Positions 28,094 through 37,797 of a DNA stretch of 64,000 nt are shown here, piece by piece (positions within the stretch are counted from its first letter, which is position 1; every line of letters begins with the position of its first letter). The stretch comes from Bacteroidales bacterium (lineage in GTDB: Bacteria; Bacteroidota; Bacteroidia; Bacteroidales; GCA-2748055). The notes under the pieces are model-generated. The model was given only the letters and a program-made list of their open reading frames with translations, was not told the DNA's origin and made no database searches. The stretch covers positions 2,779 to 66,778 of the forward strand of contig DAOVIO010000003.1 in assembly GCA_030673645.1 (NCBI GenBank). The letters run 5' to 3'. The position numbers and the translations under genes were made by a program.

Positions 28094-29713
28094 TTAAATT
28101 TTTGGACCTGCAATCTCTGCAAGTTTGATAGCAGCATCATTGTCCATAAATCCTTTAAAATTATTAATAAATCGATTCGCAAGATCTTTTGCAGCGATAT
28201 CCCAATTATCATGATTGCTCCAAAGATTTCTGGGATTTAATATCTTAGAATCCACACCATTAACTAGCTTGGGTATTTCCAATCCGAAATATGGAATTGT
28301 TTCATACTCAGCATTCAATAAACTGCCATCTAGAATTGCATTAATAATTACACGAGTAGAGGGAATGTCGATTCTTTTACCTGTTCCCACGGATCCCCCA
28401 ACCCACCCTGTATTCACTAACCAGGCTGACGAATCATGTTCTTTCATCTTCTGTGTAAGTAATTCTGAATAAACCGTTGGATCTAATAAAAGAAATGCTG
28501 CCCCAAAACAAGCCGAGAAAGAAGGCTGTGGTTCAGTAACACCAAGTTCTGTACCAGCTACTTTTGCTGTATATCCGCTAATAAAATGATATTCCGTTTG
28601 TTCAGGGGTTAATCTTGAAACAGGAGGTAAAACTCCGAAAGCATCTGCTGTAAGAAAAATAACATTTTTGGCATGCCCTGCTTTTGAAATCGGTTTAACG
28701 ATATTATTGATATGATATATTGGATAAGATACACGTGTATTCTTTGTTTTTGAGGAATCAGCAAAATCTATATCCCCATTTGGTAATACTACTACATTTT
28801 CCAATAGCGCATCCCTTTTTATAGCTTTATAGATATCAGGTTCTTTTTCAGCATCAAGATCAATTGTTTTTGCATAGCACCCACCTTCAAAATTAAAAAT
28901 ACCATCTTTATCCCATCCGTGTTCGTCATCACCTATTAATGCTCGATTTGGATCGGCAGATAAAGTAGTCTTTCCTGTTCCTGAAAGTCCGAAGAATATT
29001 GCTGTATCACCATCTTCCCCAACATTTGCAGAACAATGCATAGCTGCAATTCCTTTAAGAGGCAAATAATAATTCATGATGGAGAATATACCTTTCTTCA
29101 TTTCGCCTCCATACCATGATCCACCAATACATGCCATTCTTTCCTTTAGATTGAATAAAGCATATACTTCTGAATTCAATTTATGCTCGTCCCACTTTTT
29201 ATTAATGGTTTTTGAGCCATTGAATACAACAAAATCGGGTTCAAAATTCTCCAATTCCTCAGCTGTAGGCCTAATAAACATATTTTTTACAAAATGTGCC
29301 TGCCAGGCTACTTCCATTATAAAACGAACTTTTAATCTTGTTTCCGGATTAGCACCTGCATATCCATCCTGCACATACAAAGTTTTACCACTTAGTTGAT
29401 TAATAGTATTTATTTTTAATTCCGCCCAAACATCTTCAGATATAGGTTTGTTATCTGAGGCTTTACGAGTTTCACTTTTCCACCATATATTATTCTCTGA
29501 AGTTTCTTCCTTAACAATATATTTATCCTTTGGTGATCTACCAGTAAATATTCCTGTATCTACTGTTACAGAGCCTGAATTCGTGAGGATGCCTTTTTCA
29601 AATCCTTCAAGCTCAGGATTTGTCTCATGATTAAATAATTCTTCATAGGATGGATTATGAAAGATTGTTTTAACATCATTAATACCATAAATACTCAAGT
29701 CAAGATTTTTCAT
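28094..29713 (-). CDS. pckA: phosphoenolpyruvate carboxykinase (ATP)
   Basis: [13 protein letters not shown] kinase-1a motif, 539 aa, full-length similarity pattern to ATP-dependent PEPCK. Confidence 0.95.
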   Translation of the reverse strand: MKNLDLSIYGINDVKTIFHNPSYEELFNHETNPELEGFEKGILTNSGSVTVDTGIFTGRSPKDKYIVKEETSENNIWWKSETRKASDNKPISEDVWAELKINTINQLSGKTLYVQDGYAGANPETRLKVRFIMEVAWQAHFVKNMFIRPTAEELENFEPDFVVFNGSKTINKKWDEHKLNSEVYALFNLKERMACIGGSWYGGEMKKGIFSIMNYYLPLKGIAAMHCSANVGEDGDTAIFFGLSGTGKTTLSADPNRALIGDDEHGWDKDGIFNFEGGCYAKTIDLDAEKEPDIYKAIKRDALLENVVVLPNGDIDFADSSKTKNTRVSYPIYHINNIVKPISKAGHAKNVIFLTADAFGVLPPVSRLTPEQTEYHFISGYTAKVAGTELGVTEPQPSFSACFGAAFLLLDPTVYSELLTQKMKEHDSSAWLVNTGWVGGSVGTGKRIDIPSTRVIINAILDGSLLNAEYETIPYFGLEIPKLVNGVDSKILNPRNLWSNHDNWDIAAKDLANRFINNFKGFMDNDAAIKLAEIAGPKI

Positions 29714-29824
29714 GGAAGTCTTAAGATTTGTTATTAATTAATAAGTACTAAAATAAGTAAAATTATTGTTATAGAATATATAAATTTGACTAGTTGTTCA
29801 TTTAGTACTTTAATAAACCGTGTT

Positions 29825-29863
29825 TACTAGTAGAGACGATACCTGCATTGTCTCTACTTAGTA
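29825..29863. promoter_or_regulatory. 13-bp inverted repeat with 12-nt spacer upstream of pckA
   Basis: TACTAGTAGAGAC-N12-GTCTCTACTTAGTA (one bulged T). It lies between the ppdK terminator and the pckA promoter region. Confidence 0.4.
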
Positions 29864-29866
29864 CAC

Positions 29867-29897
29867 AAAAAAAAACGGCAAATCCAAAGATTTGCCG
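29867..29897 (-). terminator. rho-independent terminator of ppdK
   Basis: The minus strand has CGGCAAATC-TTTG-GATTTGCCG followed by nine T. Confidence 0.8.
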
Positions 29898-29920
29898 TTT
29901 CAATATTGAAATTAAATATT

Positions 29921-32653
29921 CTAGCCTTGCTTAATAGCAGCATGAGCAGCAGCAAGTCTTGCGATAGGAACGCGGAATGGAGAACAACTTACGTAGTTCA
30001 TTCCTACTTCGTTACAAAACTCAACTGAACTAGGCTCACCACCATGCTCACCACAAATACCTACTTTAAGATTAGGTTTAACGGAACGTCCTTTTTCAAC
30101 ACCCATTCTAACTAACTGTCCAACACCTTCCTGATCGAGAACCTCGAATGGATCGTGCTTAAGAACTCCATTTTCAATATAAACCGGGAGGAACTTACCA
30201 GCATCATCTCTAGAATAACCGAATGCCATCTGAGTAAGATCATTGGTTCCAAAGGAAAAGAATTCCGCTTCCTTAGCAATTAAATTAGCTGTAAGAGCAG
30301 CTCTAGGTATTTCAATCATAGTACCTACGAGATAATCCATTTTATCACCTCTTTCAGAGAATACTTTTTCAGCTGTTTCACGGATAATTGCTTCCTGTAA
30401 TTTATATTCCTCAACAGTACCGATCAAAGGAATCATAATTTCAGGTCTGGCATCAATCCCTTTTGCTTTAAGATTCATAGCAGCCTCAATAATTGCTCTG
30501 GCTTGCATCTCAGTTATTTCAGGATAAGTAATTCCTAAACGGCAACCTCTATGACCAAGCATTGGATTAAATTCTTCTAAGTCATGAACTTTTTGTTTCA
30601 CGTCCTCAACAGTTATTCCCATTTCTTTGGCCATAATTGCCTGATTTTCTTCTTCATGAGGAACAAATTCATGCAAAGGAGGATCAAGTAAACGAATAGT
30701 TACTCCATATCCAGCCATTGCTTCAAAGATACCTTCAAAGTCTTCTCTCTGAATAGGAAGTAATTTATCAAGTGCTTTTCTTCTACCAGCTTCGTCAGAT
30801 GCAAGAATCATTTCACGCATTGACTTAATTCTATCACCTTCGAAAAACATATGCTCTGTTCGGGTTAATCCAATTCCTTGTGCACCAAATTCGCGTGCAA
30901 CCAAAGAATCTTTTGGTGAATCAGCATTTGTTCTCACTGTCATTGTAGCATACTTATCAGCAAGACTCATAAGTTCATCGAAATCACCACTCAAGCTAGG
31001 ATCCATAGTAGCAACCTCACCGTCATAAACCTCTCCTGTACTACCGTTAAGTGAGATCCAATCACCCTCCTTATAGACTTTTCCGTCCATAGTCATAGTT
31101 TTCTCCTTGTAATTGATCTTAACTCCACCTGCTCCTGAAATACAACATTTTCCCATTCCACGAGCAACAACTGCTGCGTGAGAAGTCATCCCGCCTCGTG
31201 CAGTAAGAATACCTTTTGCAAGGTGCATTCCTTTTAAGTCCTCAGGAGAAGTTTCAATACGAACAAGAATTACATTTTTTCCTTTACTTGACCAATCTTC
31301 AACTTCGTCAGAGAAGAATACAATTTGACCACTTGCTGCACCAGGTGAAGCAGCTAATCCCTTAGCTAAAATTGTTGCAGATTTAAGACCATCGGTATCA
31401 AATATAGGGTGTAATAGTTCATCCAGTTTGTATGCTTCGACTCTTAAAAGGGCTGTCTTCTCATCAATCATACCTTCTCTAAGAAAATCCATTGCAATTT
31501 TCACCATAGAAGCACCAGTACGTTTACCGCTTCTTGTCTGCAATAACCAAAGTTTGCCTTCCTGAATAGTAAATTCAAGATCTTGCATATCTCTGTAATG
31601 ACTTTCTAATTTATTTTGAGTATCAAATAAATCTTTATACACTTCTGGCATTACTTCTTCGAGAGAAGGGAATTTTGAAGCTCTTTCCTCTTCTGAAACT
31701 TGTGCTAGAACTGCCCAACGCTGTGATCCTTCTTTTGTAATTTGTTGAGGGGTTCTTATACCAGCAACCACGTCTTCACCCTGTGCATCAATCAAATATT
31801 CACCGTTGAAGATATTCTCTCCAGTTGCAGCATCTCTTGTAAAAGCTACACCTGTACCTGAAGATTGCCCCATGTTTCCATAAACCATTGCCTGAACGTT
31901 TACTGCTGTACCCCATTCTCCAGGAATTTTATTCATCTGACGGTAATAGATAGCCCTGTCAGTATTCCAACTATCGAAGACTGCATAAACAGCACCCCAA
32001 AGTTGCTCCCATGGATCGGTTGGAAAATCATGTCCAGTCTGATCTTTTACAGCTTTTTTGAACTTAGAAACCATCTCTTTAAGATCATCAACGCTAAGAT
32101 CAGTATCATCTTCAACACCTTTGGCTTCTTTAACTTGCTCAATGATTTCTTCAAAAGGATCAGGATCGGTCTTAGATTCTGGTTTCAAACCTAAAACAAC
32201 ATCGCCATACATCTGTACAAAGCGACGGTATGAATCCCATGCAAATCTGTCATTTCCTGTTTTAGATGCCAAACCAATAACTGCATCATCATTCATACCC
32301 AAATTTAGTACTGTATCCATCATACCGGGCATTGAAACACGAGATCCGGATCTTACTGAAAGCAGACAAGGATTTTCAATGCTTCCAAATTTAGTACCGG
32401 TAATGTTTTCAACATTAGCTACAGCTGCTTCTACTTCTTCTTTAATTAGTTCAACAACTTTTTCCTTACCAAGTGTATTGTACTCGGTACATACTTCAGT
32501 TGTGATAGTCAATCCCGGAGGTACCGGAACACCAATAAGATTCATTTCAGCTAGGTTTGCACCTTTACCACCAAGTAAGTTTTTCATATCAGCCTTACCT
32601 TCAGCTTTTTTATCGCCAAAAGTATAAACGCGTTTTACCTGAGACATATTCAT
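29921..32653 (-). CDS. ppdK: pyruvate, phosphate dikinase
   Basis: 910 aa with the phospho-His motif GGMTSHAAVVARGMGK and the PEP-utilising C-terminal motifs (FFSFGTNDLTQ, CGEHGG). Confidence 0.95.
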   Translation of the reverse strand: MNMSQVKRVYTFGDKKAEGKADMKNLLGGKGANLAEMNLIGVPVPPGLTITTEVCTEYNTLGKEKVVELIKEEVEAAVANVENITGTKFGSIENPCLLSVRSGSRVSMPGMMDTVLNLGMNDDAVIGLASKTGNDRFAWDSYRRFVQMYGDVVLGLKPESKTDPDPFEEIIEQVKEAKGVEDDTDLSVDDLKEMVSKFKKAVKDQTGHDFPTDPWEQLWGAVYAVFDSWNTDRAIYYRQMNKIPGEWGTAVNVQAMVYGNMGQSSGTGVAFTRDAATGENIFNGEYLIDAQGEDVVAGIRTPQQITKEGSQRWAVLAQVSEEERASKFPSLEEVMPEVYKDLFDTQNKLESHYRDMQDLEFTIQEGKLWLLQTRSGKRTGASMVKIAMDFLREGMIDEKTALLRVEAYKLDELLHPIFDTDGLKSATILAKGLAASPGAASGQIVFFSDEVEDWSSKGKNVILVRIETSPEDLKGMHLAKGILTARGGMTSHAAVVARGMGKCCISGAGGVKINYKEKTMTMDGKVYKEGDWISLNGSTGEVYDGEVATMDPSLSGDFDELMSLADKYATMTVRTNADSPKDSLVAREFGAQGIGLTRTEHMFFEGDRIKSMREMILASDEAGRRKALDKLLPIQREDFEGIFEAMAGYGVTIRLLDPPLHEFVPHEEENQAIMAKEMGITVEDVKQKVHDLEEFNPMLGHRGCRLGITYPEITEMQARAIIEAAMNLKAKGIDARPEIMIPLIGTVEEYKLQEAIIRETAEKVFSERGDKMDYLVGTMIEIPRAALTANLIAKEAEFFSFGTNDLTQMAFGYSRDDAGKFLPVYIENGVLKHDPFEVLDQEGVGQLVRMGVEKGRSVKPNLKVGICGEHGGEPSSVEFCNEVGMNYVSCSPFRVPIARLAAAHAAIKQG

Positions 32654-32807
32654 TCCCTTTCTTTAGTTATATTGTTAATAATGAGTGATTTATCAAGTTC
32701 TATTATAGATTTTAAGAGTACAAATGTATTTAAAATAAATGTAAAATTATTCTAAATAAGCATAATTAAATGTAGTTAACTGATAATGAGAATAGTGTGT
32801 AGAAAGA

Positions 32808-33710
32808 TTATTCAGACCTTGGGTGAAAACTCATAATTGTATCCCTAAGATACTCACGATCAATATGAGTATATATCTCTGTTGTCAGAATTGATTCATG
32901 TCCTAACATTTCCTGAACGGCTCTAAGATCGGCTCCACCCTCAATAAGATGTGTTGCAAAGGAATGTCTTAATGTATGCGGACTAATCGTTTTGGGAATA
33001 TTTATCTTTTCAGCAAGTTGCTTGATAATCGTAAATATCATTACACGAGTAAGCCCCTTCCCCCGACGGTTCAAAAACAAAACATTTTCAAATTTATTAT
33101 CAATGAAGGCTAATAATTTTCTACTCTGCAAATAATTCCGAATCTCTATGATTGCTCTGTTACCAATAGGAATTAGTCTTTCCTTTTCACCTTTCCCCTT
33201 AACTTTAATATAGGATTTATCCAGATACATATCACTTATTCTCAGATTAATAAGTTCTGAAACCCTTAATCCGCAGCTATATAAGACTTCGATAATGGCT
33301 TTATTCCTGTGACCTTCTGGCTTACTGAGATCTATTGCATCAATTAATGAATCAATTTCCTCAACACTTAATACTTCCGGTAACTTTTTCCCAATTCTAG
33401 GACCTTCAATCAAGGCACTTGGATCCTCCAAGATTAAATCTTCCATTAATAAATACTTAAAATAGGCTTTTAATCCCGAAATTAATCGAGCCTGACTCCT
33501 GGGACTCATTCCAAGTTCATTAATAAACTTTAGAAAATCATCCAAATGAGAAGAAGTAATCTGCTCAGGTCTGACATCCAATTTTCGATTATCAAGAAAC
33601 TGCAATAATTTCTTCAAATCAGCAGAATATGCTTCAACCGAATTCTCAGACAAAGATTTTTCAAGCCTCAAAAAATATTGAAAATCACGCAAGCTATCCT
33701 CCCAGTTCAT
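32808..33710 (-). CDS. xerD: site-specific tyrosine recombinase XerD
   Basis: 300 aa with HTLRHSFATHLIEGGADLRAVQEMLGHESILTTEIYTH and an N-terminal SAM-like domain. Confidence 0.85.
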   Translation of the reverse strand: MNWEDSLRDFQYFLRLEKSLSENSVEAYSADLKKLLQFLDNRKLDVRPEQITSSHLDDFLKFINELGMSPRSQARLISGLKAYFKYLLMEDLILEDPSALIEGPRIGKKLPEVLSVEEIDSLIDAIDLSKPEGHRNKAIIEVLYSCGLRVSELINLRISDMYLDKSYIKVKGKGEKERLIPIGNRAIIEIRNYLQSRKLLAFIDNKFENVLFLNRRGKGLTRVMIFTIIKQLAEKINIPKTISPHTLRHSFATHLIEGGADLRAVQEMLGHESILTTEIYTHIDREYLRDTIMSFHPRSE

Positions 33711-33863
33711 AATTCCTATATTAAATTTGGCTGGTTAATACACAATGTTTTCTACGATATTAATTTCCAAAGGTTACAAACCAAGTGATAGGCCATGATT
33801 AAAGAAAAGAATAAATAAAAACATGGTAAATACCGTTCTTCTACTTTTTTGCCAATTTATATT

Positions 33864-34445
33864 TTAAGGTATTCTTTCAAGTGCAAGAATAAGTGAAATC
33901 CCAAGAGCAGCACCAGAAATTAACAAATTCCAATCCCGGCGCTTTACACCCATAATATCTACTATCAATAAGCTAAGTCCCATAACAATAAGAACAATTA
34001 ATATTTGTCCTAACTCAATCCCAATATTAAAAGATAACAGTGGTAAGATTAGAGAATCTTCTCCCGAAATCATTGCTCTCAGGTAATTTGAGAAACCTAA
34101 TCCATGAATTAATCCGAAAAATAATGCAGCTGAATATTTTAATCGATGTGAAGAATTTACAAATTTGTCCGATTTTTGCAGAACGTTAACCAGGGCTGTC
34201 AGAAATATTGTAACAGGAATCAAAAATTCGATCCAAGCGGTTGATATTTTTATAATATTCAAGGAAGCCAGTACAAGAGTAATTGAATGTCCAACCGTAA
34301 ATGCAGTAATCAGGATGAGTAATTTTTTCCAAAACTTTATTGGATATACAATAGTTAGTGTTAGTATAAATAAAATATGATCATATCCATTAATGTCAGC
34401 AATATGATCGATGCCCAGTTTTAAATAAAGGTCAAAAATACTCAT
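33864..34445 (-). CDS. HupE/UreJ family membrane protein
   Basis: Six-TM protein. GIDHIADINGYDHILFILTL...TVGHSITL...GLIHGLGFS resembles the HupE/UreJ_2 family. Confidence 0.7.
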   Translation of the reverse strand: MSIFDLYLKLGIDHIADINGYDHILFILTLTIVYPIKFWKKLLILITAFTVGHSITLVLASLNIIKISTAWIEFLIPVTIFLTALVNVLQKSDKFVNSSHRLKYSAALFFGLIHGLGFSNYLRAMISGEDSLILPLLSFNIGIELGQILIVLIVMGLSLLIVDIMGVKRRDWNLLISGAALGISLILALERIP

Positions 34446-34513
34446 TATATCAATAAATTATATTTGGTTTTAATTATGTAATACAAATCTAATTGACAAA
34501 TGTTATAAATCAT

Positions 34514-34521
34514 TAATTTTG
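34514..34521 (+). promoter_or_regulatory. candidate Bacteroidota -7 promoter box (TAATTTTG)
   Basis: Exact TAnnTTTG match 140 nt upstream of the 34661 start. It would place the 8-mer repeat array in the 5' UTR. Confidence 0.3.
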
Positions 34522-34601
34522 GGATGAAAATTTTTCAAGAAAAAATTTCAGAAATATATGAGCATAGATCAATAAAGAATATTGTTTATGTTTGAAGTCT
34601 G

Positions 34602-34649
34602 AATGAGGGAATGAGGGAATGAGGGAATGATTGAATGATTGAATAAATA
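34602..34649 (+). repeat. tandem 8-nt repeat array: AATGAGGG x3, AATGATTG x2, AATAAATA
   Basis: Read directly from the sequence. It ends 12 nt before the ATGAGGGG start of the DUF6702 gene and creates five ATGA-overlapping 3-codon ORFs. Confidence 0.85.
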
Positions 34650-34660
34650 TTTAAGACAGG

Positions 34661-35152
34661 ATGAGGGGATTTTTGATAATATTATTTTTGTTAGTTTTTC
34701 AAACACAGGTTAGTTACAGTCACCCTATTCATGTTTCAATATGTAATATTGAAATTGATAAGGATACAATGACTGTTTCGATGAAATTATTTAAGGATGA
34801 TTTTCAATTGGCAATCGAACATAATTTCGGAAAATATATTGTTTTGGAAAACGCAGATAACATTCCTGAAAATAAGATGATTGAGGATTATATCCATAAT
34901 ATGTTTAGCCTGATAGCAAACACAAGAGATACACTCAAGCTAAAATATAAAAATAATGAATTAAATGAAGAAGCCATCTGGCTTAATTACAAATGTTATG
35001 TTTCTGGGTTGAAAAATATTCATATTTATAATTCAATTTTTCTGGATATATACCATGACCAAACTAATCTCGTTATTATTAATTTCAATGGCAAGCAAAA
35101 CGGATATCGCTTTAATTCAAAAAACACCGCTGAACAAATTGATCTAAAATGA
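34661..35152 (+). CDS. DUF6702 family protein (secreted)
   Basis: Signal peptide, then HPIHVSICNIEIDKDTMTVSMKLFKDDF, typical of the family found next to HupE/UreJ genes in Bacteroidota. Its stop overlaps the next start (ATGA). Confidence 0.6.
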   Translation: MRGFLIILFLLVFQTQVSYSHPIHVSICNIEIDKDTMTVSMKLFKDDFQLAIEHNFGKYIVLENADNIPENKMIEDYIHNMFSLIANTRDTLKLKYKNNELNEEAIWLNYKCYVSGLKNIHIYNSIFLDIYHDQTNLVIINFNGKQNGYRFNSKNTAEQIDLK

Positions 35153-37797
35153 ACTATATGATTAAATATATTCGATTTGGATTGATGATACAGATTTTGT
35201 TATTATCTGTATGCTTTTCCGCATCAGCCACTCATAACCGAGCCGGTGAAATTACTTTACGACAAATATCTGAATTAACTTACGAAATAAAGATAACTAC
35301 ATTTACTTATACTCTGAGTGCTGCAGATCGCCGCGAATTAGAAGTTCAATGGGGAGATAATACGGTCTCACTTGCCAGCAGGGATACCATTACAATTCTA
35401 CCTAATTATTATCAACGAAATGTATATATAGCTCAACATACTTTTCCCGGCCCTGGAACTTATGAGATAGTTGTTGAGGATCCAAATCGTAATCTAGGGG
35501 TAAAAAATATTCCTAATTCGGTAAATGTTATTTTTTCGGTCAAAACAATAATTACTGTTAATCCGGATCTTGGAAATAATAATACTCCTGTTCTACTTAA
35601 TTACCCTATTGACAAAGCCGCCTTAAATAATGTTTTTATTCATAACCCTGCTGCTTTTGATTTTGATGGAGACAGTATTTCTTACAGACTAACAGTATGC
35701 ACAAAGGAAAATGGGGAGGAAATAATCGATTATGAATACCCTGCAGCATCTGACACCTTGTACGTAAATCCCATAACGGGAGATCTTGTTTGGGATTCAC
35801 CGGTTGACACAGGAATATATAATATTGCGATGGATATTGAAGAATGGAGACAAGGAGTTAAAATTGGAAATATCGCCAGAGATATGCAGGTGGAGGTTTT
35901 CAAAACTTTAAATAATCCACCGGTAAACGACAGCCTACAGAATTTCTGTATTCTAGCCGGAACAATATTTCAGGTTGCCATACATTCAACAGATATTGAT
36001 AATGACAGCCTTTCACACTTCATTACCGGTGGCCCCTTTGCTTATGACGATGGTAAAGCATACCTAGAAGAACTTTCTCGATCGGATGGAGATTTAACGA
36101 CATTATTTACATGGGAAACATCTTGCGGACAGGCAAGAAATCAACCTTATCTGGTGATAATTAAAACAGAAGATCATAATAGCGATATAAGTCTGGTCGA
36201 TATCGATAATATTTCAATTAAAGTTCTAGCCCCACCTCCGGCAACACCCGAATTAATTCCTTCGAGTGTCTCGACTAATATTCTGTGGGATAAATATAAT
36301 TGTGAAGATATTCTTGGTTATAATGTTTACAGGAGAGAAGGCTCATATATTCATGAATATGATTCCTGTAGCCCTGGATTGCCAGAATACACAGGTTATG
36401 AATTGATAGCCCGAACCAATTCCTTTTCCGATACAACTTATCTTGACAATAACAATGGCTCTGGCTTATTTCAGGGAATTGAGTATTGTTATAGGATTAC
36501 CGCTATTTTAACAGATGGTTCAGAAAGTTTCCCCAGTGAAGAAAACTGCACTAACCTTGTTTCAGGATCTCCTTCCATTTTGGAGGTATCTGTTGAAGAT
36601 TATGCAATAAATGGTTCTATTGAGGTTGTCTGGGCAAAACCTCAGAATCTTGACACTCTGGATGCCTACGGTCCTTATAAATATTTAATATATAGATCAG
36701 ATGATCTATGGGGAAATAATCTGTCTATTATCGACAGCTTTGGTACCGCAAATCTGGATGATACTATTTATATTGACAATGGATTGAATACAACTGAATT
36801 CCCTTACTCCTATTCTGTTGAATTATACAATGATGAATCGGGAAATAGATTTAAAATTGGAAAACCCGAGATCGCCTCCAGTTTTTATCCTGAAATATCG
36901 GAACATGACAATGAACTCCTGTTAAAATTTAGACGTAACGTTCCCTGGCTGAACACTTCATATACAATATTCCGATACAATGATTTAAGTGGTATTTTTG
37001 ATTCTATTGGCAATACAACAAAGGAATTCTATGATGATATTGAATTAATAAATAATAAGGAATACTGTTATTATATCCAATCTGAAGGGATTAGGGAATT
37101 GAATAATATTGAGTATCAAAATAACAATACTTCACATCAAAATTGTGGCATACCTATCGATACAATTCCTCCTTGTCCTCCTTTCCTTGAGGTGCAGTCA
37201 AGTTGTGACAGTCTTTTTAATAATTTAAATTGGCAATACTCATCCTCTCAGGAAGAATGCTCCGAAGATATTGTTAAGTATCGAATATATTATACAAACC
37301 AATTGAATATAGAACACGTTGTACTTGACAGCATTGAAGGAAAGGAAAATACCAGTTACTGGCATTTTCCAGGTATAGAAACAGGTTTAGCAGCAAGTTA
37401 TTTTGTGACAGCTATCGATTCTTTTGGGAATGAAAGCGAGCCCTCTGTTAAAGTTATTGTTGATAATTGCATAAAATATGCTATCCCAAATGTCTTTAGT
37501 CCTAATAATGATAACTATAACGACATTCTAAGACCCTATGAATACCAGGATGTTGAAAAAATTGATCTGAGTATATTTAATAGGTGGGGGCAGGTAATAT
37601 TCGAAACTGAAGACCCGGAAATATTCTGGAATGGTAAACATCAGAAAACTAATGAACTCGTTTCTCCAGGAGTATATTATTATATTTGTGATGTTTACGA
37701 AAAAAGAATAAGTGGAATACAAGTGCGAAATATAGTAGGTTTTATTCATATTTTTCATGAAAAAGGAGCAATTAACACTGATGAAGTTGAATTTTAA
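35149..37797 (+). CDS. T9SS type B sorting domain-containing surface protein (gliding-motility-associated C-terminal domain)
   Basis: Signal peptide. N-terminal SATHNRAGEITLRQ module, Ig/FN3-like repeats, and a C-terminal IPNVFSPNNDNYNDIL...FNRWGQVIFE...WNGK...SPGVYYYICDV. Confidence 0.85.
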   Translation: MNYMIKYIRFGLMIQILLLSVCFSASATHNRAGEITLRQISELTYEIKITTFTYTLSAADRRELEVQWGDNTVSLASRDTITILPNYYQRNVYIAQHTFPGPGTYEIVVEDPNRNLGVKNIPNSVNVIFSVKTIITVNPDLGNNNTPVLLNYPIDKAALNNVFIHNPAAFDFDGDSISYRLTVCTKENGEEIIDYEYPAASDTLYVNPITGDLVWDSPVDTGIYNIAMDIEEWRQGVKIGNIARDMQVEVFKTLNNPPVNDSLQNFCILAGTIFQVAIHSTDIDNDSLSHFITGGPFAYDDGKAYLEELSRSDGDLTTLFTWETSCGQARNQPYLVIIKTEDHNSDISLVDIDNISIKVLAPPPATPELIPSSVSTNILWDKYNCEDILGYNVYRREGSYIHEYDSCSPGLPEYTGYELIARTNSFSDTTYLDNNNGSGLFQGIEYCYRITAILTDGSESFPSEENCTNLVSGSPSILEVSVEDYAINGSIEVVWAKPQNLDTLDAYGPYKYLIYRSDDLWGNNLSIIDSFGTANLDDTIYIDNGLNTTEFPYSYSVELYNDESGNRFKIGKPEIASSFYPEISEHDNELLLKFRRNVPWLNTSYTIFRYNDLSGIFDSIGNTTKEFYDDIELINNKEYCYYIQSEGIRELNNIEYQNNNTSHQNCGIPIDTIPPCPPFLEVQSSCDSLFNNLNWQYSSSQEECSEDIVKYRIYYTNQLNIEHVVLDSIEGKENTSYWHFPGIETGLAASYFVTAIDSFGNESEPSVKVIVDNCIKYAIPNVFSPNNDNYNDILRPYEYQDVEKIDLSIFNRWGQVIFETEDPEIFWNGKHQKTNELVSPGVYYYICDVYEKRISGIQVRNIVGFIHIFHEKGAINTDEVEF

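Noticed and set aside
32058-32627. 189-aa plus-strand ORF, along with similar antisense ORFs such as 887..1255, 2208..2582, 17981..18367, 14237..14599, 37528..37944, 50799..51164 and 56169..56399
   Set aside because: All are nested antisense within long, well-supported genes (ppdK, aroB, the DAHPS gene, the 1492-aa protein and others). All have Ser/Pro/Ile-rich shadow-frame composition, and none has recognisable motifs.
32808-33710. Tyrosine recombinase as a possible integrase marking a mobile element
   Set aside because: Its length, N-terminal SAM-like domain and C-terminal motif string fit chromosomal XerD. There is no flanking tRNA, direct repeats, phage or conjugation genes, or compositional shift.
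34602-34649. CRISPR-like array, considering also the other 8-mer repeat tracts
   Set aside because: The units are 8 nt with no spacers, far too short for CRISPR repeats, and no cas genes are present.
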